From Actinomycetes bacterium (GTDB lineage Bacteria; Actinomycetota; Acidimicrobiia; Acidimicrobiales; Palsa-688), in assembly GCA_021828475.1 (NCBI GenBank), contig JAJZIY010000012.1, positions 1,010 through 65,009 of the forward strand: a stretch of DNA of 64,000 nucleotides, read 5' to 3'. Shown in pieces: positions 30,829 to 39,758 of this stretch (the first letter of the stretch is position 1; each line of letters opens with the position of its first letter). Both the position numbers and the translations under genes were made by a program. The notes under the pieces are model-generated. The model ran no database searches. It was not told where the DNA came from and saw nothing but the letters and a program-made list of their open reading frames with translations.

Positions 30829-32280
30829 ATGACAAGGGCCAGGTCCGTTCACACATGCCAGGCGTGCGGCGCCAGCCATACCCGATGGTCCGGACGCTGC
30901 CAGACCTGCGGGGAGTGGAACTCGCTGGTGGAGGAGGCCCTCCCCGCTCCGGCGCGTGCCGGCGCCGTCCCACCACCCCCGACCAGCGGCCCGGTTGCCC
31001 TGACCGAGGTCGACATGGAGGGTCACCAGCCGATGGCGACAGGCCTGGCGGAGCTCGACCGCGTCCTCTCCGGCGGCCTCCTGCCCGGGTCCGCGACGCT
31101 TCTCGGCGGCGAGCCGGGCACGGGCAAGTCGACCCTCCTGCTGCAGGCGCTGGCCTCACTCGCCGCGAGCGGTCGCCGGTGCCTGCTAGTGGCGGCCGAG
31201 GAGGCTTCCCACCAGGTACGACGTCGGGCTCATCGGCTAGGGGCCGACGTACCCGGAGTGTTCGTGGTGGAGGCCACGGACCTGGCGACCATCGTCGAGG
31301 GGGTGGCGCGCCTGCAGCCCGAGGTGGTGGTCGTCGACTCTGTACAGGCCATCAGCGACCCGGACGTCGCAGGGGGAGCGGGTTCGGTGGCCCAGGTCCG
31401 CGAGTGCGCGCAGAGCCTTGCCAGAATGGCCAAGGCCTCCGGCGCCGCCCTGGTGCTGGTGGGGCACGTCACCAAGGAGGGCTCGCTCGCCGGGCCACGG
31501 ACGCTCGAGCACCTGGTCGACACCGTCTTGAGCTTCGAGGGTGACAGGTACCTGGCACTGAGAGCGTTGCGCGCCGTGAAGCACCGTTTCGGGCCGACCG
31601 GGGAGACCGGTCTGTTCGAGATGGGCGAGCGGGGCCTCGCTGGCGTCGCCGACCCCAGCGCCCTCTTCCTGGGCGACCGGAGGGAGGGCTCGGCGGGTTC
31701 GACGGTGACCGTCCCGGTAGAAGGGTACCGGCCGCTCGTAGTCGAGGTCCAAGCCCTCGTGGGGCGCTCCTCGCAGGTGCCGAGGCGGTTCGTGACAGGC
31801 CTGGACCCGGGCCGGGTCGGCTTCCTGGTGGCCGTGCTGGACCGCAGGGCCGGGGTTGCGCTGGGGGACTGCGATGTCTACGTCTCGGTCACGGGGGGTG
31901 CACGGGCATGTGAGCCGGCTGCCGACCTGGCGATATGCCTTGCCCTTGCCTCCAGCCTCGTGGGGGCACCGGTTCGCTCAGGGCTCGTCGCCATCGGTGA
32001 GGTGGGCTTGGGTGGCGAGCTGCGCCGGGTCGGTTCCATGCCCAAGAGGCTGGCGGAAGCGGGCCGTCTTGGGTTCAAGTCGGCCCTGGTACCTGCCCCT
32101 GCGGCGGCTGGAGCCGCCCGTGACGTCGAGGTGGTGGCGGCGCGGTCCCTGCGCGAGGCCCTGGGCGCCGCCTTCCCGGCCGGATGGCCACTCGCCGAGC
32201 GGCAGCGCGCGCCGCGTTCGGGCCCTGCGGCAAGGCGCCCTTCGGGTGACGGCGGCCGTACGCTGCGGGAAATCGGTTAG
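30829..32280 (+). CDS. radA: DNA repair protein RadA
   Basis: Zinc finger CQACGASHTRWSGRCQTCGEWNS, Walker A GGEPGTGKST, KHRFG, and a Lon-like C-terminus. Confidence 0.95.
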   Translation: MTRARSVHTCQACGASHTRWSGRCQTCGEWNSLVEEALPAPARAGAVPPPPTSGPVALTEVDMEGHQPMATGLAELDRVLSGGLLPGSATLLGGEPGTGKSTLLLQALASLAASGRRCLLVAAEEASHQVRRRAHRLGADVPGVFVVEATDLATIVEGVARLQPEVVVVDSVQAISDPDVAGGAGSVAQVRECAQSLARMAKASGAALVLVGHVTKEGSLAGPRTLEHLVDTVLSFEGDRYLALRALRAVKHRFGPTGETGLFEMGERGLAGVADPSALFLGDRREGSAGSTVTVPVEGYRPLVVEVQALVGRSSQVPRRFVTGLDPGRVGFLVAVLDRRAGVALGDCDVYVSVTGGARACEPAADLAICLALASSLVGAPVRSGLVAIGEVGLGGELRRVGSMPKRLAEAGRLGFKSALVPAPAAAGAARDVEVVAARSLREALGAAFPAGWPLAERQRAPRSGPAARRPSGDGGRTLREIG

Positions 32281-32289
32281 CATCTGCCG

Positions 32290-33363
32290 GTGCCGGACAG
32301 GCTGAGCGCAGCAATGATCGAGGCGCTGGGCTCGATCGCCCCGGGGCGACCCCTTAGAGAGGGCCTCGACCGGATCCTCCAGGCCAAGATGGGTGCCCTG
32401 ATAATCGTGGGGGACGGGCCGGAGGTGCTCTCGATCTGTTCGGGAGGCTTCCTGCTGGACTCCGAGTTCAGCCCGCAGCGCCTCTCCGAGCTTGCCAAGA
32501 TGGACGGGGCGATCATCCTTGCGCCGGACGCCAGCCGGATCGCCCGCGCCAACGTCCACCTGGTGCCCAACCCTACGGTCGCCACGGCGGAGACGGGTAC
32601 CCGTCACCGTACGGCGGAGCGAGTGGCGCGCTCGATAGACGTCGCAGTCACCACTGTCTCGGAAGACCGGTCCGTCATAACCGTCTACCGGGGCGACCAG
32701 CAAAGGCCCCTGGCCCCGGTCGAGCGCCTTCTCGCCCGAGCCAACCAGGCACTGGAGACCCTCGAGGGCTATCGGGACCGCCTCGACGTGGTGGCCAACG
32801 CACTGTCGGCCCTGGAGGTGGAGGACATGGTGACAACGCGTGACGTTGTCACCGTGCTCCAGAGGACCGAGATGGTGCGCCGCATCGCCGAAGAGGTGGA
32901 CGGCTACAGCATCGAGCTCGGCACGGATAGTCGTCTGGTGCGCCTGCAACTGGAGGAGATGCTCGCTGGAGTGGAGGAGGAGCGGCGCCAGATAGTGCGC
33001 GACTACCTGCCTCCCGACCCTGGCTGGGCCGTGAGCGATGCCCTGGCCGGCCTCAGCCAGTTGTCGACCGATCGCCTCCTCGACCTGTCCAGGGTTGCTT
33101 CGGTGTTGCGCATCGGATCGCCGAACGGTGACCTGGAGCGGGGGCTCAAGCCGTGCGGCTACCGCCTGCTCTCCAAGATCCCGCGACTGCCCGAGCCGGT
33201 GGTGGTCAACATCGTCCAGCGCTACGGCGGGCTCCAGCAGGTGTTACGGGCCAGTGTCGAGGACCTGGACACCGTCGAGGGGATCGAAGTGGCCGGAGCC
33301 CGCTTCGTCAAGGACGGCCTGGCGCGCCTGGCCGAGACCAGCATCCTCGACCGGTTGGGCTGA
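32290..33363 (+). CDS. disA: DNA integrity scanning protein DisA (diadenylate cyclase)
   Basis: DAC domain GALIIVGD...DGAIILAPD...THRHRTAERVA-like (GTRHRTAERVA), followed by a C-terminal HhH region. Confidence 0.95.
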   Translation: MPDRLSAAMIEALGSIAPGRPLREGLDRILQAKMGALIIVGDGPEVLSICSGGFLLDSEFSPQRLSELAKMDGAIILAPDASRIARANVHLVPNPTVATAETGTRHRTAERVARSIDVAVTTVSEDRSVITVYRGDQQRPLAPVERLLARANQALETLEGYRDRLDVVANALSALEVEDMVTTRDVVTVLQRTEMVRRIAEEVDGYSIELGTDSRLVRLQLEEMLAGVEEERRQIVRDYLPPDPGWAVSDALAGLSQLSTDRLLDLSRVASVLRIGSPNGDLERGLKPCGYRLLSKIPRLPEPVVVNIVQRYGGLQQVLRASVEDLDTVEGIEVAGARFVKDGLARLAETSILDRLG

Positions 33364-33474
33364 TCCTCGGGCACTGGTAGGCGCGGCCACTGCGGGCCCG
33401 GCTCCGCCCGGCCTTGCGCCCGACCGGCTCCCTTGTGACCCCGTTCATCGCCGGGGCACTCGGCGCCGGCAGTG

Positions 33475-34134
33475 TCAGCGGGCGCGTTGAGCGAGACGCT
33501 CCCGGTTGACGATGCGGTAGCGGCGGTCCGCCTGCTCGATCCAGCGTAGCCGTATGAAGGCAGCGATCGCCTTGTTGACCCGTTCCCGTGAGGCTCCGAC
33601 CAGGCCGGCAAGCTCCTCCTGGGTTATGGGTAGCACGAACTCGTCGGAGTCGCCGGCCAGTTCGAGCAGGCGCTTGGCCGTCCGACCGGTGACGTCGAGC
33701 AGCATGGCGTCGGCCAGGGCGTCGTCGGCCGCCCGCAGGCGCTCGGCGAACAGGCTGACCACGTGCCACAGCAGCCCGGGTTGGGCTTCCAGCTCGCTGC
33801 GGACGACCTCGAAGGGCACCCGGACGACTTCAGAGCGCTCGAGTGCCCTGGCCGACGCCGAGCGCGCTTCGTCGTCGAAGAGCGGCATCTCGCCGAACAG
33901 GTCGCCCTTTTCCATGAGGGCCACCAGCGACTCGCGCCCGTCGGGAGAGCGCTTGCCTATGGCGATACGCCCGCTCAGGACCACGAACAGCTCCTTGGCC
34001 TCGTCGCCCTCGCTGAAGAGCGTGTCGTTGCGTTCCAGACGGACCGAGGAGGCCCTGACAGCGACGCGTGCCAAGCCCTCCTCGTCGAGCGACGAGAAGA
34101 ACTCCGATCCCGAAAGTGGTGACACGTCTTCCAT
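33475..34134 (-). CDS. Crp/Fnr family transcriptional regulator (cNMP-binding + HTH)
   Basis: Contains FSEGDEAKELFVVLSGRIAI, GDLFGEMPLFD and the HTH ELAGLVGASRERVNKAI. I prefer ATG 34134 to the track start TTG 34143. Confidence 0.85.
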   Translation of the reverse strand: MEDVSPLSGSEFFSSLDEEGLARVAVRASSVRLERNDTLFSEGDEAKELFVVLSGRIAIGKRSPDGRESLVALMEKGDLFGEMPLFDDEARSASARALERSEVVRVPFEVVRSELEAQPGLLWHVVSLFAERLRAADDALADAMLLDVTGRTAKRLLELAGDSDEFVLPITQEELAGLVGASRERVNKAIAAFIRLRWIEQADRRYRIVNRERLAQRAR

Positions 34135-34212
34135 GGAAGCCAAACGCTAGCCGCTGTCCCATCCGCGCGCAGGGCCCTAGAACCGCGGGCCGGTTGGACC
34201 GGTAGGCGGAAA

Positions 34213-34244
34213 GGACCTACCCTGGATGGGGACCTACCCTGGAT
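34213..34244 (+). repeat. perfect tandem direct repeat GGACCTACCCTGGAT x2 (period 17) upstream of carD
   Basis: The copies at 34213..34227 and 34230..34244 are identical and separated by GG. Each contains a TACCCT (TANNNT) hexamer. Related GGTAGG/GTAGGG half-sites flank them. Confidence 0.9.
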
Positions 34245-34279
34245 AGTAGGGCGTACCGGTCAGGAACCTTGGGAGACGC

Positions 34280-34759
34280 ATGCCGTTCGACGTCGGGGAC
34301 AAAGTCGTCTACCCCCACCATGGGGCAGCTGTCGTCGAAAGGAGGGAGGTCAGGGCGGACTTCGGCGACCCCCGCGAGTACTTGGTGCTGAGGCTGGCCT
34401 ACGGGGACCTGACTCTCAAGGTCCCGGTCGACTCGACGGCTGACGTGGGCATCCGTGAGGTGATCAACGACGAGGAAGTGGAGGAGGTCTTCGCCGTCCT
34501 GCGCAAGAAGGACGTGCGCATGCCGACCAACTGGTCACGCCGCTACAAGAACCATGTCGAAAAGCTCAAGTCCGGCGACATCTACCAGGTGGCCGAAGTG
34601 GTCCGGAACCTGTCCAACCGCGACAAGGACAAGGGCCTGTCAGCGGGCGAGAAGCGCATGCTCAACAGGGCCCGCCAGATCCTCGTCTCCGAGCTCACCT
34701 TCGCCATCGGGGTGTCCGAGGCGGAGGCTGAGAAGAAGCTCGACGAAGCCCTGCCCTGA
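34280..34759 (+). CDS. carD: CarD family RNA polymerase-binding transcription regulator
   Basis: Contains MPFDVGDKVVYPHHGAAVVE and the C-terminal LSAGEKRMLNRARQIL. Confidence 0.95.
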   Translation: MPFDVGDKVVYPHHGAAVVERREVRADFGDPREYLVLRLAYGDLTLKVPVDSTADVGIREVINDEEVEEVFAVLRKKDVRMPTNWSRRYKNHVEKLKSGDIYQVAEVVRNLSNRDKDKGLSAGEKRMLNRARQILVSELTFAIGVSEAEAEKKLDEALP

Positions 34760-34797
34760 GCCGCCCCGAGAGGACCGCGACCGCCTCGGCGTGGGCG

Positions 34798-35427
34798 GTG
34801 GTCGTAGCCGGCGGTAGCGGCGCGCGCTTCGGAGGCCACAAGCAGTTCGCGCCTCTCGGCGGCCGCGAGGTAGTCGAGTGGTCACTCGGCGTTGCCCGCA
34901 CGGTGTGCGCCGGCATCGTGCTGGTGGTGCCCGATGTATGGCTGTCGGCCTGCTCGGGGCGGGCGGATGCCGTCGTCGTCGGAGGGGGGACCCGGGCGGC
35001 ATCGGTACGGGCCGGCCTCGACCGGGTGCCGGACGGCGCTGACGTCGTCGTCGTGCACGACGCGGCGAGGCCGCTCGCCACTGCCGAGCTGTGGCGGGCG
35101 GTGATCGAGGCAGTCGTTGCCGGGGCAGATGCTGCCGTGCCCTGCGTCCCGGTAACCGACACGATCAAGCAGCGACAGGCCGACGGCAGCCTCGTCACCC
35201 TGGAGAGGTCGACCCTCGTTGCCTCGCAGACCCCGCAGGCTTTCTGCCCCGAGGCCCTGCGCCGCGCGCACGCGGGCGGGCGTGAGGCCACAGACGACGC
35301 AGCGTTGCTCGAGTCACTGGGCTGCCGGGTGATCGAAGTGCCCGGCGAGCCGGCCAACTTCAAGCTCACCAGCCCGTCGGACATCCGTGTCGCCGAGCTA
35401 CTGCTGGAGGCTCAGCAGTGCAGTTGA
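34798..35427 (+). CDS. ispD: 2-C-methyl-D-erythritol 4-phosphate cytidylyltransferase (5' end probably extends upstream through a non-canonical start)
   Basis: Contains VVAGGSGARFGGHKQF, VHDAARP and DTIK. GTG 34798 leaves only one residue before the P-loop, while the frame is open back to CTG 34756. Confidence 0.85.
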   Translation: MVVAGGSGARFGGHKQFAPLGGREVVEWSLGVARTVCAGIVLVVPDVWLSACSGRADAVVVGGGTRAASVRAGLDRVPDGADVVVVHDAARPLATAELWRAVIEAVVAGADAAVPCVPVTDTIKQRQADGSLVTLERSTLVASQTPQAFCPEALRRAHAGGREATDDAALLESLGCRVIEVPGEPANFKLTSPSDIRVAELLLEAQQCS

Positions 35428-35888
35428 GGATCGGGCAGGGGCTGGACATCCACCCCTTCTCCGACGACCCGGAGCGACCCCTCGTGCTCGCCGGGGTCGG
35501 CGTGCCCGGTCCTGGCCTGAGGGGCCACAGCGACGCGGACGTCGTGTGCCACGCTGTCACCGACGCCCTGCTCGGCGCGGCCAGCCTCGGAGACATCGGT
35601 GGGATGTTCCCGGACAGCGACGAGACCTGGCGGGGCGCCGACAGTGTGGCCTTGCTCGCGGCGGCCATGGAGCGTCTCTCGCCACCGTGGAGCGTGGTCA
35701 ACGTGGACTGCACGATCGTGGCCGAGTCGCCTCGCCTGGCCGGTTACAGGGGGCAGATGGAGAGCCGGCTGGCGGAGGTGGTCCGAGCACCCGTGTCCGT
35801 GAAGGCCAAGCGTGGGGAGGGGCTGGGGGCGCTTGGCCGCAGGGAGGGGATCGCATGCTTCGCCGTCGCCCTCCTGCATCAGCCGTGA
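35418..35888 (+). CDS. ispF: 2-C-methyl-D-erythritol 2,4-cyclodiphosphate synthase
   Basis: Contains RIGQGLDIHPF, GHSDADVVCHA and DIGGMFPD. It overlaps the ispD stop. Confidence 0.95.
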   Translation: MQLRIGQGLDIHPFSDDPERPLVLAGVGVPGPGLRGHSDADVVCHAVTDALLGAASLGDIGGMFPDSDETWRGADSVALLAAAMERLSPPWSVVNVDCTIVAESPRLAGYRGQMESRLAEVVRAPVSVKAKRGEGLGALGRREGIACFAVALLHQP

Positions 35889-36676
35889 TCTCGCACAGGC
35901 AGGCGCACGGCGGCGACCGGTCGAGCCGTACGGGCCTCGGCGGCACGCAGGTCGAAGGTCACCATGCCGTGGCCGAACTGTTGCAGGCCCGACGCCGGCG
36001 GGTGAGACGGCTCTGGGTCAGTCCAGGGCACACTCCCGATGGCGTGGTCTCCCGGCTGGCGGCGCAGGCCAGGGGTGAGGGCGTACCCGTGCACGACAAG
36101 TCCCCAGAGGCACTGGCGGCAGCGGCGCTGACCAATGCTCCTCAGGGCGTCATAGCCTGGGCGGACCCCGTCGAAGAGGTCGGCCTCGACGACCTGCTGG
36201 GGACCATGGGTGCGACGGTCCCTTTCCTCGTCTGCCTCGATGGCGTCACCGACCCCGGCAACCTGGGAGCGGTCATGCGCAGTGCCGTCTGTGCGGGTGC
36301 CACCGGGATGGTCGTCGGGAGGCACCGGTCCGCGCCGCTGACTGCCGCCGCCGTGAAGGCCGCAGCCGGAGCGGTCGAGCACCTGCGCATAGCCGTCGTC
36401 CCGGGAGTTCCTTCCGCCCTGGGCCGCCTGGTTGCGGCCGGCGTCTGGACGGTGGGCCTCGACGTTTCCGGCGGAGATGACATCTGGTCGGTGCCGGTGC
36501 TCGACGGAGCGGTAGCGCTGGTGCTGGGGGCGGAGGGCAGAGGCCTGTCGGTGCTGGCGAAGCAGCGTTGTGACCTGCTGGTGCGGATACCGCAAGCCGG
36601 CGTGCTGGGGTCGCTCAACGTGGCTGCCGCCGCCGCCGTCGCCTGTTTCGAAGTCGCCCGCCGCCGCGCCCGGTAA
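35885..36676 (+). CDS. rlmB: 23S rRNA 2'-O-ribose methyltransferase, SpoU/TrmH family (RlmB-like)
   Basis: GTG 35885 overlaps the ispF stop (GTGA). Contains VEGHHAVAELL, DGVTDPGNLGAVMRSA, LVLGAEGRGLS and GSLNVAAAAAV. Confidence 0.85.
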   Translation: MISHRQAHGGDRSSRTGLGGTQVEGHHAVAELLQARRRRVRRLWVSPGHTPDGVVSRLAAQARGEGVPVHDKSPEALAAAALTNAPQGVIAWADPVEEVGLDDLLGTMGATVPFLVCLDGVTDPGNLGAVMRSAVCAGATGMVVGRHRSAPLTAAAVKAAAGAVEHLRIAVVPGVPSALGRLVAAGVWTVGLDVSGGDDIWSVPVLDGAVALVLGAEGRGLSVLAKQRCDLLVRIPQAGVLGSLNVAAAAAVACFEVARRRAR

Positions 36677-36697
36677 GCGACGGGCGCCCTTGGGTAA

Positions 36698-37849
36698 GTG
36701 CAGGGCATGGGCCATACGACGCGCCACGAAGCGGCGCCCACCGGCATGTCCGGCGGGCCGGCGGTGACAGACGTGCGAACGGCGGTTTTCGAGGTACCGA
36801 CAGACCAACCGGAGGGCGACGGCACGATGGCCTGGTCCGCCACGACCGTCGTGGTCGTCCAGGTGGACGCTGGCGGTCACACCGGCACCGGATGGTCGTA
36901 CACGGGCGCGAGCGCTGCCGCGGTCGCGCGCGACCACCTGGCTGAGGAGATCCGCGGGCGAAGCGCGCTGGACACACCGGCGCTGTGGGCCTCGATGGTG
37001 GCGGCCTGCCGCAACCTCGGGCGACCCGGGCTGGCATCTTGTGCCATCTCGGCAGTCGACACCGCACTTTGGGACCTCAAGGCCCGCATCCTTGGCTTGC
37101 CGCTCGCCTCCCTGTTCGGCCGGGTGCGCCCCTCTGTACCGGTGTACGCGAGCGGGGGTTTCACCACCTACGCGGACGAGAGGACGGCCTCACAGCTCGA
37201 GGAGTGGGTCGGCGACTGGCACATGGACAAGGTGAAGATCAAGGTCGGCGAGTCGTGGGGCAGCCGCCCGGAGAGGGATCTGCACAGGGTCGACTTCGCT
37301 CGCAAGGTCATCGGGGACGAGGTCGAGCTCTTTGTGGACGCAAACGGTGCGTACCGCCGCAAGCAGGCGGTACGCATGGGGCGCCGGTTCGCCGACTGTG
37401 GCGTCACCTGGTTCGAGGAACCGGTATCGTCAGACGACCTGAGCGGGTTACGCGAGGTCAGGGACAATTGTGCCCTCGACGTGGCTGCCGGCGAGTACGG
37501 CTACGACGAGTGGTATTTCGCCAAGATGATCGACGCCGGCGCCGTGGACTGCGTCCAAGTGGACGTGACCCGATGCGGCGGTTACACGGCTTGGTGCCAC
37601 GTGGCCGGGCTCACGGGGGCGCACAACCTCGACATCTCGGGCCACTGCGCCCCCAACCTGTCGGCCCACGTGGCCATCTCGTGCCCCAACCTGAGGCATC
37701 TGGAGTACTTCCACGACCACCACCGCATCGAGAACATGCTCTTCGAGGGCGCCCTGTCGCCCAGCGGGTCGATGCTGGTCCCTGACGCCGGTCGCCAGGG
37801 CCACGGCATGCTGTTGCGCAAGGACGTCGACGAGTACCGCAGAGGCTGA
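36698..37849 (+). CDS. enolase-superfamily enzyme (mandelate racemase/muconate lactonizing family)
   Basis: Contains KIKVGE, VDANGAY, WFEEP and AAGEY. 383 aa. Confidence 0.8.
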   Translation: MQGMGHTTRHEAAPTGMSGGPAVTDVRTAVFEVPTDQPEGDGTMAWSATTVVVVQVDAGGHTGTGWSYTGASAAAVARDHLAEEIRGRSALDTPALWASMVAACRNLGRPGLASCAISAVDTALWDLKARILGLPLASLFGRVRPSVPVYASGGFTTYADERTASQLEEWVGDWHMDKVKIKVGESWGSRPERDLHRVDFARKVIGDEVELFVDANGAYRRKQAVRMGRRFADCGVTWFEEPVSSDDLSGLREVRDNCALDVAAGEYGYDEWYFAKMIDAGAVDCVQVDVTRCGGYTAWCHVAGLTGAHNLDISGHCAPNLSAHVAISCPNLRHLEYFHDHHRIENMLFEGALSPSGSMLVPDAGRQGHGMLLRKDVDEYRRG

Positions 37850-37859
37850 AGCGCGGGCC

Positions 37860-38306
37860 TCAGAGGTGGCGGGACCTGGAGACGAGCGCCCTCTTCCAAC
37901 CGACCGGCACACCAGTTGTCGACGCAGCGGCGGCTATGGCGCCGGCGGCAACGGCGGCAGCGGAAGCGCCGGCTACCAACCAGCGCGAGAGCCTCGGGAT
38001 GTCCCGGGCGCTGAGCGTCCCGCCCATGTCGACGAGGTCGCCGAACGCGCTCACCGCCGCCCAGGTCCTGAGGCGGCCGGGGTTCCCGGCCGCCAACATC
38101 GTCCCAGCACCGAGCACCACGTCCCTCGCCGCCAGCGAGCGCGACAGCACTCGACCGCCTCCGGTGGTCCCGGGCCTGCCGACCCACAGGGCGGCGAGGG
38201 ACGGGACAGCGAGGCAGGCGGCCCCCACGCCGGTGCGTACCACCGCCACACCCACGGCGAGGCGCCTGGCCCGGCCGGGCCCCATGACCGTGGCGGCGGC
38301 CATCAT
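37860..38306 (-). CDS. hypothetical Ala/Gly-rich membrane protein (148 aa)
   Basis: ATG 38306 overlaps the stop of the upstream HypA-like gene (ATGA). Contains MMAAATVMGPGRARRLAVGVAVVRTGVGAACLAVPSLAALWV... and a C-terminal TM segment WLVAGASAAAVAAGAIAAAA. Confidence 0.5.
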   Translation of the reverse strand: MMAAATVMGPGRARRLAVGVAVVRTGVGAACLAVPSLAALWVGRPGTTGGGRVLSRSLAARDVVLGAGTMLAAGNPGRLRTWAAVSAFGDLVDMGGTLSARDIPRLSRWLVAGASAAAVAAGAIAAAASTTGVPVGWKRALVSRSRHL

Positions 38307-38704
38307 GCCGGAGCCGGAGGTACCAGGCAAAGTGTGCCGGGATCTGGGGCGAACGTAACGGACTCGAGCACCGCGCCCTCCCCGAGGGCCCACTGGGTCA
38401 CCAGTGACTGGCAGGACGGGCAGACGACGAGGGCGGCCACGACAGAGCCCGTTCGGGGCAGCCCCTCGCTCGGCTGGACGTGGGCGCCGCAGTCCTCGCA
38501 ATAGAGGGGGCTGCGGTCAGTGCGGACCTCCACGGACGCACCCTCGGCCGCCGACCCGGCTGAGAGAAGGTGGAAGCCTCGCTCGATTGCTCCGGCGTCC
38601 AACCTGTCACCCGCGACGCGTACCCTGACTGCTCCCACCCGGCGTCCGCCGGCCCTCCTCAGGGCCGCCTCGACAATTCCCTGGCACAACTTCAGCTCCT
38701 GCAC
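38303..38704 (-). CDS. HypA-like zinc-ribbon protein with His2 replaced by Gln
   Basis: GTG 38704 lies 8 nt after GAGGAG and gives (M)QELKLCQGIVEAALRRAGGRRVGAVRVRV...AEGASVEV...YCEDCG...VCPSCQ. This aligns with my recollection of the E. coli HypA N-terminus MHEITLCQRALELIE...RVTGVWLKIG...AEGCKLHL and its two CxxC pairs. Confidence 0.6.
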   Translation of the reverse strand: MQELKLCQGIVEAALRRAGGRRVGAVRVRVAGDRLDAGAIERGFHLLSAGSAAEGASVEVRTDRSPLYCEDCGAHVQPSEGLPRTGSVVAALVVCPSCQSLVTQWALGEGAVLESVTFAPDPGTLCLVPPAPA

Positions 38705-38963
38705 GACCACCTCTCCTCTCGGGGCCGGGGCGCGGCAGGGCTCCGCCCCGGGGGTGCAAGTTATGTACAGTCCCAACCACTGCGTTGGAGGGCAGCCCGA
38801 GAAGCTGGCCGGCCTCGTTGGGCCGGGCCGAGAGCCTACGGCCCGACCGCCAGAGCGGTACCCGGGGCCGGCGCGTACCGTCCCCCGGACCGTTCGCGCC
38901 ACGACCGGCCTCCACCGGCCGGCCGTCGCACGTTCCATCACGCTCCCGAAACCTGTCCGGGCC

Positions 38964-39131
38964 TCACCAGTGGTACCAGCGGCCGCCGCCCGCTCCGGAG
39001 CGGAAAGCGAAGCCGGCCAGCCAGAACAGCAGCACGATTGCCGCCGCGATCCACAGCCAGTGCAGGGTGAAGCCAAGGCCGAAAAGCACTATCGCCAGCA
39101 AGAGGAACAAGAGGATTGCAGCCAATTTCAC
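38964..39131 (-). CDS. small hydrophobic two-TM protein (55 aa)
   Basis: GTG 39131 follows AAGGGAG. Sequence: VKLAAILLFLLLAIVLFGLGFTLHWLWIAAAIVLLFWLAGFAFRSGAGGGRWYHW. Confidence 0.5.
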   Translation of the reverse strand: MKLAAILLFLLLAIVLFGLGFTLHWLWIAAAIVLLFWLAGFAFRSGAGGGRWYHW

Positions 39132-39292
39132 ACTCCCTTTCGATGGGGCGTCAGGCCCCGCCTGGTACCGGCTGCCTATGCATGCAGCGGTACCGCTAGT
39201 TCGGGGACGGCTGCCCCCGGTGATCCGAACATGTACCCACCGAGGCGCCGGCGAACACAATCCGCGCGCCAAACGCGGTGGCAGCTGTCCGG

Positions 39293-39535
39293 TCAACGCC
39301 CGCCGGAACCGCGGAAAGCCTCGACCAACGCCTCGTTGAAGGCCTTCAGGTCATCGGGCCGACGGCTGGTGACGAGCACGTTGGGGCCGGGGAGGCAGAC
39401 AGTCACCTCTTCGTCCACCCAGGTGCCGCCCGCGTTGCGGATGTCCGTCTGCAGGCTCGGCCAGGACGTCATCGTGCGGCCCTGGGCGCGCCCCGCCTCG
39501 ACGATGCTCCACGGCCCGTGGCAGATGGCGGCCAC
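39293..39535 (-). pseudogene. C-terminal remnant of a DJ-1/PfpI family protein
   Basis: [46 protein letters not shown]...[21 protein letters not shown] matches only the last ~85 residues of PfpI proteins. An in-frame TAG (39553..39551) lies 5 codons upstream of KPVAAICHG, and I find no recognisable N-terminal half in any frame before the tRNA. Confidence 0.65.
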
Positions 39536-39758
39536 CGGCTTGCGAGCGGCCTACCCGCCCGCATGACCCACGACACCTCCGGCCTCGCACGGAGCCGTAG
39601 TGCCACGAGAGGCCTCGGCCCTCTTTGGCACGGCAACTCCTCCAGGTTCCGGCGGGGCTTGTCGTGCCCGCCAAAGAGCCAAAGGCTCCTCGAGGAGCAC
39701 CTGGAAGGTCCGGGCCACACCCGGCAGGTTCCGATGGCACCAGAATTGGGATGCCCGG

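Noticed and set aside
37860-39758. Genomic island or prophage remnant integrated at tRNA-Thr
   Set aside because: There is no integrase, recombinase or phage gene, no direct repeat of the tRNA 3' end, and no obvious GC shift. Only the truncated PfpI gene hints at past rearrangement, and that is reported as a low-key finding instead.
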